A DNA stretch of 64,000 nt from NCBI GenBank assembly GCA_017446155.1, contig JAFSRI010000001.1, forward strand, positions 12,088 to 76,087. The letters are read 5' to 3'. This DNA is from Clostridia bacterium (GTDB lineage Bacteria > Bacillota > Clostridia > Oscillospirales > CAG-272). How positions within the stretch are numbered: position 1 is the first letter of the stretch; each line of letters starts with the position of its first letter. Of this stretch, positions 19,551-30,868 are shown one piece after another. The position numbers and the translations under genes are program-made. A model generated the notes under the pieces. The model did not search any database and was not told the DNA's origin. It saw nothing but the letters and a program-made list of their open reading frames with translations.

Positions 19551-20495
19551 TTAAAGGTTATTATCTATAATATCAGTCGCACGCTCAAAAAGTTCTTCTT
19601 GCGTTTTACATTCGTCGGGATAAAGCCAATTTATCCCGTCCATTCGTCTGAGCCACGTCAGTTGCCGTTTTGCATATCTTCTGGTACCGAGCTTTATCTG
19701 TTCAACAGCTTCTTCAAGCGAGATCTTGCCCGTTATGCATTCACGCATCTCTTTATATCCGATAGCTTGCCCTGCGGTCGTGTCTTCGCCGAGGTATCCG
19801 CCGGCAATAAGCGACGCCACCTCATCTTCAAGGCCTTGCTCTATCATAGCGTCAACGCGCTCATTTATACGATTGTATAAAACAGCTCTTTCCCTGTAAT
19901 CAAGCGCAATAATGACGCTTTCATACGGGTTGTTTTTCTCGGCAGCTTGCTTATCCCATTCGGTTTTTGTAAGCCCCGTCGTCTTGTATATTTCAAGCGC
20001 GCGAATGACACGGCGCACATTGTTTTCGTGAATTTTTTCCGCCGCCTCGGGATCGATCTCTCTTAGCATCTCGTACAGGCACCCGCTGCCGCGCTGCTCC
20101 GCCAGCGCGGCGAGCGTGCGGCGGTAGTCGTCATCCGTGTTCACTTCCCCGAAATCGAGGTTGCCGAGTATGCTCGATAAATACAGCCCTGTGCCGCCGC
20201 ACAACAGCGCGCGTTTACCGCGCGCGCGGGTGCCGAGAATAACCTCATGCGCTGCTTTACAAAATTCAGCGGCGGAAAAATTCTCGCTCGGGTCGCATAT
20301 GTCTATCATATGATGCCTTACGCGCGCTTGCTCGTCCTTTGTCGGCTTTGCGGTCCCTATGTCCATTCCCCGATAAATCTGCATAGAGTCAAGCGAAATA
20401 AGCTCGCAATCGTATTTTTCACAGAGCATAAGCGCAAGCGCGCTTTTGCCGGACGCCGTCGGCCCGGCTACTGCAATTATTTTTTCATTCATCAT
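19551..20495 (-). CDS. miaA: tRNA dimethylallyltransferase
   Basis: GPTASGKS, DSMQIYRGMDIGTAKP, YAKRQLTW. Confidence 0.96.
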   Translation of the reverse strand: MMNEKIIAVAGPTASGKSALALMLCEKYDCELISLDSMQIYRGMDIGTAKPTKDEQARVRHHMIDICDPSENFSAAEFCKAAHEVILGTRARGKRALLCGGTGLYLSSILGNLDFGEVNTDDDYRRTLAALAEQRGSGCLYEMLREIDPEAAEKIHENNVRRVIRALEIYKTTGLTKTEWDKQAAEKNNPYESVIIALDYRERAVLYNRINERVDAMIEQGLEDEVASLIAGGYLGEDTTAGQAIGYKEMRECITGKISLEEAVEQIKLGTRRYAKRQLTWLRRMDGINWLYPDECKTQEELFERATDIIDNNL

Positions 20496-20770
20496 TAAAA
20501 ATCCAGCGTTTACCTGCGTTTTTTGTTTTTATACACATGTATACAATTCGTTTGTACATGGAAATGTTTTTTGCTTGTCACCTTTATTGCCACATTATAG
20601 TCGTATATTCGAGTTACTATGGAAATGAACACAATCGATTGGCATTATATTGCACAAAAAAACATTAAAAGTTTTCCTAACCTTACCGTAGACGAGTATG
20701 ATTTGCATTCACAAGATTTCTTCGACCAACGACAACTCTGAACCTCGAAGCAACAAAGCATTGCTGAAAA

Positions 20771-21841
20771 TTATTTTATCAGCATCGCGTCCCCGAACGA
20801 GAAAAATCTGTACTTGTCATTTACCGCCTCTTCATATGCGCGCATCACATTCTCTTTTCCTGCAAGGGCGGACACAAGCATAACGAGCGTGCTTTCCGGC
20901 AAATGAAAATTTGTTATAAGCATGTCAGTCGCCTTGAATTTATATCCGGGATAAATAAATATTCCCGTGTCGTCACACATTGTGTGAACGACACCGTTTT
21001 CGTCCGAAGCGCTTTCGAGCGTGCGGCAAGAGGTAGTGCCGCAACATACTACCCTGCCGCCCGACGCACGCGCCGAGTTTATAATATCGGCGCTTTCTCG
21101 GCTTACAGTGAAAAATTCGCTGTGCATAATGTGGTCGGTTATTTTCTCGGCTTTTACCGGACGGAAAGTTCCTAAGCCGACGTGAAGCATCACGGGGGCG
21201 ATTTTCACGCCCATTTCTCTTATTTTGTCGAGCAGCTCCTCGGTAAAATGCAACCCCGCCGTCGGCGCCGCCGCCGAGCCTTCTTCGTTTGCATAAACCG
21301 TTTGGTAATCGCCGTTGTTTTTCAGCTCTTCCGTTATATACGGCGGAAGCGGCATTTTGCCTATCTCGTCTAAAATCGAGAACAACGTTTCGCCGCCGTT
21401 CTTGTCATATTCAAACTTAACTATTCGATTTCCGTCCTCAATTATCTCCTCTATCACCGCCATCAGTTTTCCGTCGCCGAACTCTACTTCCGTTCCTTTT
21501 TTCAGCCGACGCCCGGGACGCACGAGCACTTCCCAACGGTCGAGCTCTCTTTGTCTGAGCAGAAGAAACTCGACGTTTGCCTGCCCTTCGCCGCACTTTT
21601 TGCCGTAAATACGCGCGGGAATTACTTTTGAATCGTTTATAACAAGCACGTCGCCCGGCTTTAAAAATTCCGTTATGTCGCGAAAAATTTTATGCTCGGT
21701 TTTCCCGGTTTTTTTGTCGAGCACAAGCAGTCTTGCGGCATCTCTCGGTTCGCACGGATGCTGAGCTATGAGTTCTTTCGGCAAATCGAAATAAAAATCC
21801 GACGTTTTAAGTTCCGTTTCACTGAGTATATTTTTTATCAT
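20771..21841 (-). CDS. queA: SAM:tRNA ribosyltransferase-isomerase
   Basis: [38 protein letters not shown]. Confidence 0.97.
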   Translation of the reverse strand: MIKNILSETELKTSDFYFDLPKELIAQHPCEPRDAARLLVLDKKTGKTEHKIFRDITEFLKPGDVLVINDSKVIPARIYGKKCGEGQANVEFLLLRQRELDRWEVLVRPGRRLKKGTEVEFGDGKLMAVIEEIIEDGNRIVKFEYDKNGGETLFSILDEIGKMPLPPYITEELKNNGDYQTVYANEEGSAAAPTAGLHFTEELLDKIREMGVKIAPVMLHVGLGTFRPVKAEKITDHIMHSEFFTVSRESADIINSARASGGRVVCCGTTSCRTLESASDENGVVHTMCDDTGIFIYPGYKFKATDMLITNFHLPESTLVMLVSALAGKENVMRAYEEAVNDKYRFFSFGDAMLIK

Positions 21842-22692
21842 AGCGATCTTTCCCCGTCCATTATTTCCTCAATTTTATCTATTGCGTCGGCAACCGCGCC
21901 GTATTTTGCATGGCAAAGCCGAACGCCGCAAATCTCTTTGATGCCATCCGTTGCATTTTCAGGACACATCGCAATGTCAGAGGCAAGCAACATATCGCGG
22001 TCGTTGTCAAAATCTCCGATTCCGCAAAGGCGCATTTTCCCGTATTTTTCTTCATATGTGCTTTTCAGATATTTAAGCTGACTCGCCTTGCTTATCCCAT
22101 GCGGTAACAGCTCCATCAGGTGCACCGCCGAGCGAGTATATCCGAACATCGGAAATTCCTTTTTCATCTGCTCGAAAACGTCCAGCATATACGGGATGTC
22201 GTCGGACGTAAAAACAACCTTAAAATACCCCTCTCCGTCAAACTTATCAAAAGGAACTATGCGCGTGGAAAGACCAAGCATATTCATCTTTCTCATGCTT
22301 TCTTTTATCACTTCGTCCTCTTCACGAATAAGAAAGCCCCCGCGGTCGGTTATTCTCCACCCGATGCGGTCGCGGCTTATATCGTCTATCCTGTGCAGAA
22401 ATTCAAGCGTCGTCTTGCCGTCAAGATACGTCGGATTGCTAATTGTGTCCGTCTGTGCGTCATAGCAGTATGCGCCGTTGCAAAGCACGCATGGCATGTT
22501 GCAAAGCTCTTTGAGATTTGGAATTATCATATAAATGTCTTTATGATTTCTTCCCGATGAAAACGCAAAACGTCCGCCGTTTTCGATAAAGTATTTTATT
22601 CTTTCTTCATTTCTGTCGTTTTCCATGCCGCCGTGCCAAATATACGTTCCGTCAATATCGGAGGCAATCATTATATTCTCAAATTTTTTCAT
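21838..22692 (-). CDS. Cof-type HAD-IIB hydrolase
   Basis: SDIDGT, SSGR, GDFDND motifs. Confidence 0.88.
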   Translation of the reverse strand: MKKFENIMIASDIDGTYIWHGGMENDRNEERIKYFIENGGRFAFSSGRNHKDIYMIIPNLKELCNMPCVLCNGAYCYDAQTDTISNPTYLDGKTTLEFLHRIDDISRDRIGWRITDRGGFLIREEDEVIKESMRKMNMLGLSTRIVPFDKFDGEGYFKVVFTSDDIPYMLDVFEQMKKEFPMFGYTRSAVHLMELLPHGISKASQLKYLKSTYEEKYGKMRLCGIGDFDNDRDMLLASDIAMCPENATDGIKEICGVRLCHAKYGAVADAIDKIEEIMDGERSL

Positions 22693-22696
22693 ATAT

Positions 22697-23626
22697 TCAC
22701 CTCTCGTTTTTGCGAAACGCGGCAAGCGTTTTTTCAAAATACTGCGGCAGAGAACATTCAAAACGCATTCTCTCGCCGGTTCTCGGGTGAGTAAGTTCCA
22801 GTTCTTTTGCGTGCAGGCACTGCCCGTTCAGTCCCGCGCCGTATTTTCTCTCCACAGGGTTTTTGCTCTGCCCGTAAAGTGCGTCGCCGAGTATCGGATG
22901 ACCGATGCTCTGCAAATGTACCCTTATCTGGTGAGTTCTTCCCGTTTCAAGTCGACATTTTACATAGCTTGCGCCGGCGTCAAAAATCTCTATCGGCTCT
23001 ATATGTGTCGTGGCTTCTCTGCCTCCCGCCACTATCGCCATCTTTTTCCTGTCCGTCGGGCAACGTCCTATCGGCTTGTCAACCGTTCTCGGCTCGTCTA
23101 TCTTGCCAAGCGCTATCGCGTGATAAATTCTTGACACGTCGTGAGTTTTAAGTTGTTCCGAAAGTGACAGATGCGCCGCGTCGTTCTTTGCAACCACAAG
23201 CAGACCGCTCGTGTCTTTGTCTATTCGGTGAACAATTCCGGGTCTTACCACACCGCCGATGCCGGAAAGCGAATCTCCGCAATGGTAAAGCAACGCCGAC
23301 ACAAGCGTTCCCGTATAATTTCCGGCTGCGGGATGGACGACCATTCCCTGCGGCTTGTCTATCACGATTATATCCCCGTCCTCGTAAACAATATCGAGCG
23401 GGATATTCTCCGCGCAAGCCTCACAGCTTTTAAGCGGCGGATATTCCACCTCCACCTCGTCGCCTTCTTTTACGCGATAATTTTTCTCTTTTTCACACCC
23501 ATTCACCTTCACGCATCCGTCGCCAATAAACTTCTGCGCCTGAGAACGTGTTATCTCCTCCGACTCGGACAAAAAAACGTCGAGCCGTTCACCCGAGGTA
23601 TCCGGACCGACGTTAAGTTTCGTCAT
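22697..23626 (-). CDS. rluD: RluA/RluD-family pseudouridine synthase
   Basis: S4 domain, RPGIVHRIDKDTSG, ETGRTHQIRVH; follows lspA. Confidence 0.9.
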   Translation of the reverse strand: MTKLNVGPDTSGERLDVFLSESEEITRSQAQKFIGDGCVKVNGCEKEKNYRVKEGDEVEVEYPPLKSCEACAENIPLDIVYEDGDIIVIDKPQGMVVHPAAGNYTGTLVSALLYHCGDSLSGIGGVVRPGIVHRIDKDTSGLLVVAKNDAAHLSLSEQLKTHDVSRIYHAIALGKIDEPRTVDKPIGRCPTDRKKMAIVAGGREATTHIEPIEIFDAGASYVKCRLETGRTHQIRVHLQSIGHPILGDALYGQSKNPVERKYGAGLNGQCLHAKELELTHPRTGERMRFECSLPQYFEKTLAAFRKNER

Positions 23627-24134
23627 TTTTGTTTTCCTCCGTTACAGAGTTTGTCTTTTCTTCTTTCTTTTTCTTTTCGTCCCTGAAAAGAGTCTTATCG
23701 AAAAATATAACGTAAACAAGCATCATCGCCGCGCCTATCGTGACGCAACAGTCGGCTATGTTGAACACGGGAAATTCCACAAACTGAAAGTTGATAAAAT
23801 CGACAACCGAGCCGTAAAAAACACGGTCGATCATGTTTCCTATCGCTCCGCCCCAAATGAGTGAAAGCGAAATGCCGAATAGCTTATGCACTTTGCCGTA
23901 TTTATAAAGAATAAAAGGTATGGCGATTATTGCGATCGACGTCAGCACCATAAACACCCAGCGGCTGTCGCTGAACATACCCCATGCCGCGCCGGTGTTT
24001 CTTATATACCGAAACTCGATAAGCCCCGGAAGAAACGCCGCCGTATCATAAAGCGCCATATTTGCCATAACTATGCGTTTTGAAATAAAATCCGCTATCA
24101 CCGATACGACGGCGATGATGATCCATAAAATCAT
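23613..24134 (-). CDS. lspA: Lipoprotein signal peptidase II
   Basis: NTGAAWG, GGAIGNMIDR, VVDF, FNIAD. Confidence 0.96.
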   Translation of the reverse strand: MILWIIIAVVSVIADFISKRIVMANMALYDTAAFLPGLIEFRYIRNTGAAWGMFSDSRWVFMVLTSIAIIAIPFILYKYGKVHKLFGISLSLIWGGAIGNMIDRVFYGSVVDFINFQFVEFPVFNIADCCVTIGAAMMLVYVIFFDKTLFRDEKKKKEEKTNSVTEENKNDET

Positions 24135-24153
24135 TTGTTAAAAATCCTTTCGG

Positions 24154-25023
24154 TCATTGTGCGTCGGAAAGTTCACCCGTGCCGAGGTCGAAATCAAAAC
24201 TCATTTGCACGGCGGAAGAAAGATCCATAGCTACCGGCGAGCTGTACTCGTCTATAAGGCTTATAACGTCCTTCTTTTTGTTGCTTTGCTTTTTTCTCTT
24301 TTTCGCAGGAGAACTCTTCTCTGACGCGTTTTCGTCAGCCGCTGCGACCTCCGTCCTCTGCTCTGTTTTATTTTCGTGAACTTTCATCGGTTCCGAATCG
24401 AACACAACGGTATCCGATAGCACCTCGTTTTCAATCGGTTCTTCCTTTATATCGTCGGTGAAATCTTGCAGCGAAATACCGAACTCCTCGGAAACGTCCT
24501 GCGACATTTTCTCCACTACTTTTTCGACATACTGCTCCGGGCTGAGATCTTCCTCGTACTCGAAAACGGGCGAGAGCTGTTCAATAAGTTCTATATGCAG
24601 GCGGTATCTTTCGTAAAGCTCGTTTTTAAACTTAAAAATGTTCTGCGAAATACTGTCCAGTGCGTTTTTCTGGTTTTCGACCTTGTCCTTAAAACTGCGC
24701 AAAATTTTGTCGCAGCTCTTTTTTATGGAAGAAAGAATGGCGTCGGAACGTTCATAAGCGTCGGAAACTATTTTGTCGGCGGCGGCGCGCGCCGTTTCAA
24801 GCGTGCGTTTAACCTGCTCTTCCTGCATTTCAAGGTTCGATAGGCGATCTTTTGCGTCGGCATAAAGATGCTCCAACTCCGCTTTTTCGCGGTAAAGCTC
24901 CGAATAGTTTTCCGTTATCTCGCCTATGTATTTATCGACAGCGGCGGTGTCATATCCGCGAAACGCCTTCGGAAAATCGCGTTTTATAACGTCTGTTTGA
25001 GAATTGTCGTCCATCTCGGCCAT
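24154..25023 (-). CDS. divIVA: DivIVA-domain protein
   Basis: FPKAFRGYDTAAVD N-terminal motif plus coiled coil; follows sepF. Confidence 0.8.
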   Translation of the reverse strand: MAEMDDNSQTDVIKRDFPKAFRGYDTAAVDKYIGEITENYSELYREKAELEHLYADAKDRLSNLEMQEEQVKRTLETARAAADKIVSDAYERSDAILSSIKKSCDKILRSFKDKVENQKNALDSISQNIFKFKNELYERYRLHIELIEQLSPVFEYEEDLSPEQYVEKVVEKMSQDVSEEFGISLQDFTDDIKEEPIENEVLSDTVVFDSEPMKVHENKTEQRTEVAAADENASEKSSPAKKRKKQSNKKKDVISLIDEYSSPVAMDLSSAVQMSFDFDLGTGELSDAQ

Positions 25024-25118
25024 GCGCTCCCTTCAAAAAAATATCCGACGATTTTTATGTCCAATAAAACTCGACGGGGCTTTCGCCCCGTTGAATTATC
25101 AATGTGTGTTTTTGCTTA

Positions 25119-25586
25119 TCAATAAAGTGTGTCGCCGGTGAACTGTGCGGGTTGAGGCGCGACCTCGCTCGGCTGAGCGGAAACGGTGTCGCTTGACGCA
25201 CGCATCTGATCTCCCGTTACGTCAACGTTGTTGGGAGTGATAACGAACGTGTTATTGGCAACTCTTTTAAGCTGACCGCCGATGGAATATGCAACGCCGG
25301 AAAGGAAATCGAGGATTCTTCTTGCGGTTTCCTTGTTGGTTGCTTCAAGATTGAGCACAACCGTACGGTTGTTGAGAAGGTGGTCGGCGATCTGTCTGGA
25401 ATTTACGAAATTGTCGGGTCTTACAACTTTAAGTTCGATAGCGGATGAAGTGATGCTCATCGCTCTGCTCGACTGAGTATTCGTCATGGGTTCGGCGTCG
25501 TATTCGTCGCCTACCGGATCCATGTAATCCTCTTCCGTGTTATCCGTGCCGTTTACCATGTCCTTGATCTTGTTCCAAAGTCCCAT
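25119..25586 (-). CDS. sepF: Cell division protein SepF
   Basis: VVLNLE...ARRILDFLSGVAYSIGG...FVITPNNVDV. Confidence 0.93.
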   Translation of the reverse strand: MGLWNKIKDMVNGTDNTEEDYMDPVGDEYDAEPMTNTQSSRAMSITSSAIELKVVRPDNFVNSRQIADHLLNNRTVVLNLEATNKETARRILDFLSGVAYSIGGQLKRVANNTFVITPNNVDVTGDQMRASSDTVSAQPSEVAPQPAQFTGDTLY

Positions 25587-25916
25587 TTTATACCTCCGAA
25601 AATATGTATTTGAATATTTATTTTTTTCATAGTCATCTCAGGGTGGTTACTCCCCGAACATTTTACTGTTAATATATTATAACATAGTATCTTGTCAATT
25701 TGCAATCCGTTTTTCACAAAAAATTTTATTTTTTTACACATTTTTTCGCTCGGTTTTCCTTTTTCTGTAAGCGAAACGTTAAAAAACATTATCATCCGGC
25801 TTAATGTGAACATTTCCATCCGAATTTGCCCTCGGAAAACGTCTTTTTATGCGATTTTTTATGCTGAAAAAAATAATCCCGCGGGAGTTTCCCGCGGGAT
25901 TAAGCGATTGTATTTT

Positions 25917-26189
25917 TCAGTTTCCGACGCTGCTCAACATCTGAGTTACCTTATCGACAACGCCGCCGAGGCCGCCCGTGATAAACACGATAGCCACGAT
26001 AATAAGCGCGATGATAATGATGCAGAAATACGAACGGGCGAAATTTCTGCGGTTGATGTTGCTGCTGCTCAGCGAAAAAACAATGAGAAAAATGAAACCG
26101 ACGATCGGGATAGAAAAGAGGATCTGATAGCCGAAATATCCCCACATACCTATGGGTTTGTATTGGTCCGGAATGCTGTTCTGATTCAT
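25917..26189 (-). CDS. Small membrane protein
   Basis: 90 aa, two or three TM segments (YKPIGMWGYFGYQILFSIPIVG...NFARSY); hairpin ATCCCGCGGG/CCCGCGGGAT at 25876-25900 downstream. Confidence 0.8.
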   Translation of the reverse strand: MNQNSIPDQYKPIGMWGYFGYQILFSIPIVGFIFLIVFSLSSSNINRRNFARSYFCIIIIALIIVAIVFITGGLGGVVDKVTQMLSSVGN

Positions 26190-26214
26190 GATTCTGCCCC
26201 CTTGATATAATTAT

Positions 26215-26844
26215 TTATTTTGTTCCAAACAGTCTGTCGCCCGCGTCTCCGAGGCCCGGCAAAATATATGCGTTCTCGTTGAGTCTGTCGTCAACTGACG
26301 CCACGTATATATCAACGTCGGGGTGCGTTTCCTGAACTTTCTTTATGCCCTCGGGAACGGCGACCAGACACATAAGGCGAATGTTGTTACAGCCGCGTTT
26401 TTTAAGCATTGTGATGGCATCCGCGGCACTGCCACCCGTTGCAAGCATTGGGTCGACGACGATAACGAGTCTTTCGCTTACGTCCGGCGGCAGCTTGCAA
26501 TAGTACTCTACCGGGAGATGTGTTTCGGGGTCACGGTAAAGACCGATATGTCCGACTTTGGCGACGGGAACAAGCTCCATGATACCGTCCACCATTCCGA
26601 GCCCCGCGCGGAGTATCGGAACGATCGCTATTTTCTTACCGGAAATGACCTTTGCCGTCATTTTCTGCATCGGAGTTTCGATCTCAACGTCGTCAAGCGG
26701 CAAATCGCGCGTAACTTCATATCCCATAAGCGTCGAGATCTCACGGAGAAGTTGACGAAAATCCTTAGGTCCTGTGCCTATCATTCTCATGTGAGTGAGC
26801 TTGTGTTGAATAAGCGGATGATTGATTACGTGAAGTTGGCTCAT
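26215..26844 (-). CDS. upp: Uracil phosphoribosyltransferase
   Basis: [32 protein letters not shown]. Confidence 0.97.
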   Translation of the reverse strand: MSQLHVINHPLIQHKLTHMRMIGTGPKDFRQLLREISTLMGYEVTRDLPLDDVEIETPMQKMTAKVISGKKIAIVPILRAGLGMVDGIMELVPVAKVGHIGLYRDPETHLPVEYYCKLPPDVSERLVIVVDPMLATGGSAADAITMLKKRGCNNIRLMCLVAVPEGIKKVQETHPDVDIYVASVDDRLNENAYILPGLGDAGDRLFGTK

Positions 26845-27134
26845 TGTATATCTCCTGACTGTCCGCCTGCGCGGACGTTTTATTTTCGTAATATATTATA
26901 CACTTCAATACTTTCAAATGCAATAGAAAAACAAGCGTTTTTTTACACAAAAATTTATGTTTTTGTTCTTTTCTTTCGGTTTTTGTAAACAAAATCGTTA
27001 TTTTACATTTTTTCAAAACCGCCGGTGTGAACGCATATTTCGCCTACTGCCGTTTTTCCCGCTTTACATATTTATTCCCGATCAAATAAACGCTATACAA
27101 ATATATTTCCGTTCATTCGGCGCGGACGAGCTTT

Positions 27135-28079
27135 TCAAATAAACGGTATCTTCTCTTTCGGCAATTCAAACGTTTTCCCGGAAAGATAGCTCATCGGTTC
27201 CGGCAATTCGTTTTCAAACACCGCCTTGTATGAACAAAGCGCCTGCCGATATATTCCGCGTTTTCTGTCGGCAGAGTTTTCGGCGTATTTCCCGTCTCCG
27301 ACAAGCGGATGCCCGATGCTTGCCATGTGGGCGCGTATCTGGTGCGTTCTGCCCGTTACAAGTTCCACCTCGACAAGTGCGTCGCCGTCGTCGGCGGAAA
27401 TCACTCTGTATTTTGTGATTATCTCTTTTGCGTCGTTCGAGCGCGGCTTTTTTTCATAAACTTTCACCATGTTCTCGGCGCTGTCTTTTACAAGAAATCC
27501 TTTAAGCGTAGCCTCCCGTTTTTCGGGGATGCCGTGCACTTTGCAGAGATAAAATTTTTTCACCTGTCTGTTTTTCACTATCTCGTTCATCGCTCTCAGC
27601 GACGGCGCGTTTTTCGCGGCGAAAACAAGCCCGCAGGTGTTGCGGTCTATTCTGTTGCAGAGCGCGGGCGCAAACGAGTTTTCGTTTTCTTCGTCATATT
27701 CACCCTTTCCCCACAAATACGCCTTTACCTGCTCGACAAGCGTGTTCTGCTCGCCGTCATCGTCGCTGTGACAAAGAAGCCCAACCGGCTTGTTTGCTAT
27801 TATAATGTTGCCGTCCTCATATACAATATCGAACGACGTTTTTATATTCTTATAAAAATCGCTGTTTTGGACGGCGAAAAACTCGTCCTTTATAAACAGT
27901 TGCAAAACGTCCCCCTCGACGAGCACCTGCCCTATTTCGGCGCGTTTTCTGTTTACTTTAATCTTCTTTGTTCTTATCGCTTTATACATAAGCGACTTCG
28001 GCATCGACGGCAACGCCTTTGTAAGAAACTTGTCCAGCCGCTGACCGGCGTCGTTTGAATTTATTTTAAGCTCTCTCAT
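27135..28079 (-). CDS. RluA/RluC-family pseudouridine synthase
   Basis: AGQRLDKFL S4 domain, NRIDRNTCG, TGRTHQIR. Confidence 0.9.
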   Translation of the reverse strand: MRELKINSNDAGQRLDKFLTKALPSMPKSLMYKAIRTKKIKVNRKRAEIGQVLVEGDVLQLFIKDEFFAVQNSDFYKNIKTSFDIVYEDGNIIIANKPVGLLCHSDDDGEQNTLVEQVKAYLWGKGEYDEENENSFAPALCNRIDRNTCGLVFAAKNAPSLRAMNEIVKNRQVKKFYLCKVHGIPEKREATLKGFLVKDSAENMVKVYEKKPRSNDAKEIITKYRVISADDGDALVEVELVTGRTHQIRAHMASIGHPLVGDGKYAENSADRKRGIYRQALCSYKAVFENELPEPMSYLSGKTFELPKEKIPFI

Positions 28080-29403
28080 TTTTTATCCTTTCGCCGTCCG
28101 TTTCACGACCCGGCTCGCACAGCGCGCAATCCCCGAGATATTCCCGCGGAACGCAACTGAAAATGCGCCCGGTCAAATCCTCTTCGCTTTTCACTTTCAC
28201 TTCAAGCATATTCTGCGCGTGCCCGACGTAATATTCACCGCTTTTTTCTTCAAACAAGACGTCGAGCGACTTGCCGTTTTTTATATATTCCCCATATCGA
28301 GCTTCGGCGAGTTTTTCGGAAAGCGCGTCGAGCCTGTCAAATCGGTCGTTCTTAACTTGCGCTGATATTTTCCCGCCCATTTTCGTCGCCTCTGTTCCGC
28401 GCCTATCGGAATAAGGAAAAATGTGTATATGATATAACCCAATGCTCTCGGCTAAACGCATCGTGCATTCGAAATCGTCCTCTCCCTCGCCCGGAAAGCC
28501 TACAATTATATCGGCTGAAAATTCAGCGTCGGGATAAGCCGCGCGAATAAGCTCGACGCTCTTTAACACTCCCGCCGAATTGTATTTTCTCCTCATCGCC
28601 GCAAGAATCCTATCCGACCCGCTTTGAAGCGACAGGTGAAACGACGGCAAAAATGCAGGCACCGCCGCAATTTTTTCAACAAACTCCGCATTTATTACCG
28701 AAGGTTCCACCGACCCGATTCTTATCCGTTCCGCGCCGCTTTCTCCTACCGCGGCAATCGCGTCCGCAAGCGTATATTTGCCGCTGTCACGTCCGTATGA
28801 AGCGATCTCCGTTCCCGTTATTACAATCTCTCTCACGCCCCCCGCAACCATTTTTTTCGCCTCGCGCGTGATGTCCTCGGGCTCGCGCGACACAACGCCG
28901 CCGCGCGCCGTTCTTATTATGCAATACGCACACCTGTTGTCACAGCCGTCCTCGATTTTAATAAACGCACGCGTTTTCCCGGCTTGCGAGGCAAGCATGC
29001 TCTCTATCGGCATACTGTCGATGTCAGGCACTTTTATCTCTTTTTTTGTTTTTTTATTTATGGCTTTCAACGCATAGTCCGCCGCGTCCAGCTTATTTCT
29101 GTTCCCACAGACAAAATCCGCGCCGAGCTCGGCCGCCACTCTCGGTTCAAGCTGAGAAAAACATCCCGTCACGATGACCGTCGCCTCGGGATTGAGCTTC
29201 TTTCCGCGACGTATCATCTGCCGCGATTTTCTGTCGGCCTCGGCTGTTACCGAGCAGGTATTTATGATGTAAACGTCGGCTTGTTCGGAAAAATCGCATA
29301 TATTAAAGCCGAGCCCGACGAGCTTTTCCGCTATCGCGTTCGATTCATATTGATTTGTCCTGCATCCCAACGTATAAATGGCGGCACAAGGTTTTTTGTT
29401 CAT
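28066..29403 (-). CDS. mtaB: tRNA t6A methylthiotransferase
   Basis: TLGCRTNQYES, INTCSVT, CDNRCAYC radical-SAM motif. Confidence 0.9.
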   Translation of the reverse strand: MNKKPCAAIYTLGCRTNQYESNAIAEKLVGLGFNICDFSEQADVYIINTCSVTAEADRKSRQMIRRGKKLNPEATVIVTGCFSQLEPRVAAELGADFVCGNRNKLDAADYALKAINKKTKKEIKVPDIDSMPIESMLASQAGKTRAFIKIEDGCDNRCAYCIIRTARGGVVSREPEDITREAKKMVAGGVREIVITGTEIASYGRDSGKYTLADAIAAVGESGAERIRIGSVEPSVINAEFVEKIAAVPAFLPSFHLSLQSGSDRILAAMRRKYNSAGVLKSVELIRAAYPDAEFSADIIVGFPGEGEDDFECTMRLAESIGLYHIHIFPYSDRRGTEATKMGGKISAQVKNDRFDRLDALSEKLAEARYGEYIKNGKSLDVLFEEKSGEYYVGHAQNMLEVKVKSEEDLTGRIFSCVPREYLGDCALCEPGRETDGERIKNERA

Positions 29404-29539
29404 AGTTTTCTCCGATTTTTCCCGCGTGAACGATTACTTTGTTAAAAAATTATCTCTCGCAAAAACGTATATATTTTTCTCCGAAAAAAGGAGATGAATT
29501 TCTTCATCTCCATTATATCATATTTTTCGGGAAAATCAA

Positions 29540-30742
29540 TCATTTTCGCTCGCACAGCAAAAACCAAGCGCCCAACTTTAAAAACATATCCCAAAACCCG
29601 ATTCTGTCAACCGCTTCGTCGGCAAGAATATCCGACGTGCCCACTGTTTTACCGTCGAGGGTATACGTCACCGTGCCTATTTTCTCCCCCTTTGCGACAG
29701 GGGCGGAAAGTCTTGCGGGAACGTCCTCTATTTTCTCGATTTTCGCCGCGTCCCCTTTTCCTACGACGATTGAAAACTTCTCTGACACACCCTTCACCGA
29801 ATTGTTCACGCCGCCCGCAACGTATATGTCGTTATATTCCGTCGGTTCCTGTTCATACACGGCATAATTTGCAAAGCCGAAATCAAACAGTGATTTCGCC
29901 GCCTCGTTTCTTATATCTCTCGTCGGCGCCGCCATAATTACAGCAATCAGCGTCATGCCGTTTCTCTCGGCGGTGGCGGCAATGCAAAACTTCGCCTTTG
30001 CAGTAGAGCCGGTTTTAAGTCCCGTCGCACCGTTGTAAAACCGAATGAGCCTGTTCGTATTCGTCAGCCCGAACGCACCGCCGCGTATTGTGTCCATCCA
30101 AATCGTCGAGTAATTATATACTATCGGATGCTTTATCACCTCGGCTGAAATTATCGCTATGTCGCGCGCGCTCATTGTGTGGTCGGTCACGGCGTCGTCA
30201 AGACCGGTCGGGTTTTCAAAATGCGCCTTACAGCCAAGCTCTGCCGCACGCTCATTCATTTTTGCCACAAACGCCGCCTCGCTTCCGTAAACGAATTCCG
30301 CCAGCGCTACCGCCGCGTCGTTTGCCGAAGCCACAATCATGCATTTCAGCATCTCGTCCACACTCATACTTTCCCCGGGCTCCAAAAACACCTGCGAACC
30401 TCCCATGGACGCGGCGTTTTCGCTCACCGATACCGTATCGTCGAGTTTTATCTTCCCCTCGTCGAGCGCTTCCAACACAAGCAACATCGTCATCGTTTTT
30501 GTAACCGACGCCGGCGGCAACTGCTCGTCTGCGTTTTGTTCATATAAAATTTTCCCGCTTGACGCTTCCATAAGCAACGCGCTTTTCGCGTCTACCTCCT
30601 TGCCATATTCCACCGCCGCCACAACGTTGTCGCCCTCATCTGCCGTTGTCGCAACGTCAGCGCCGCCGCCTGCGAAAACCGTCATTAAAGACGCTATCAA
30701 AAAAAATACCGTGATAAACCCCGCCGTTAAACGTTTTTTCAT
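29540..30742 (-). CDS. dacF: D-alanyl-D-alanine carboxypeptidase, DacF-like
   Basis: ASVTK, SMGGSQVFLE, SAND, KTGST; ATG 30742 with GGAGG; upstream GAATA-N16-CATATTA resembles a forespore-sigma promoter. Confidence 0.85.
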   Translation of the reverse strand: MKKRLTAGFITVFFLIASLMTVFAGGGADVATTADEGDNVVAAVEYGKEVDAKSALLMEASSGKILYEQNADEQLPPASVTKTMTMLLVLEALDEGKIKLDDTVSVSENAASMGGSQVFLEPGESMSVDEMLKCMIVASANDAAVALAEFVYGSEAAFVAKMNERAAELGCKAHFENPTGLDDAVTDHTMSARDIAIISAEVIKHPIVYNYSTIWMDTIRGGAFGLTNTNRLIRFYNGATGLKTGSTAKAKFCIAATAERNGMTLIAVIMAAPTRDIRNEAAKSLFDFGFANYAVYEQEPTEYNDIYVAGGVNNSVKGVSEKFSIVVGKGDAAKIEKIEDVPARLSAPVAKGEKIGTVTYTLDGKTVGTSDILADEAVDRIGFWDMFLKLGAWFLLCERK

Positions 30743-30806
30743 TTTTGTTTTCCTCCGAAAAACTTTTTTATTAAATAATATGACGGCTCGTCTTGCAATA
30801 TTCCGA

Positions 30807-30835
30807 TTGACAGCCGCGTTTTCGCGCTTTATAAT
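30807..30835 (+). promoter_or_regulatory. Sigma-A promoter of nadE
   Basis: TTGACA-N17-TATAAT. Confidence 0.8.
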
Positions 30836-30868
30836 ATATCTGTAAAGGTGATTTTCACGGAGGGAAAA

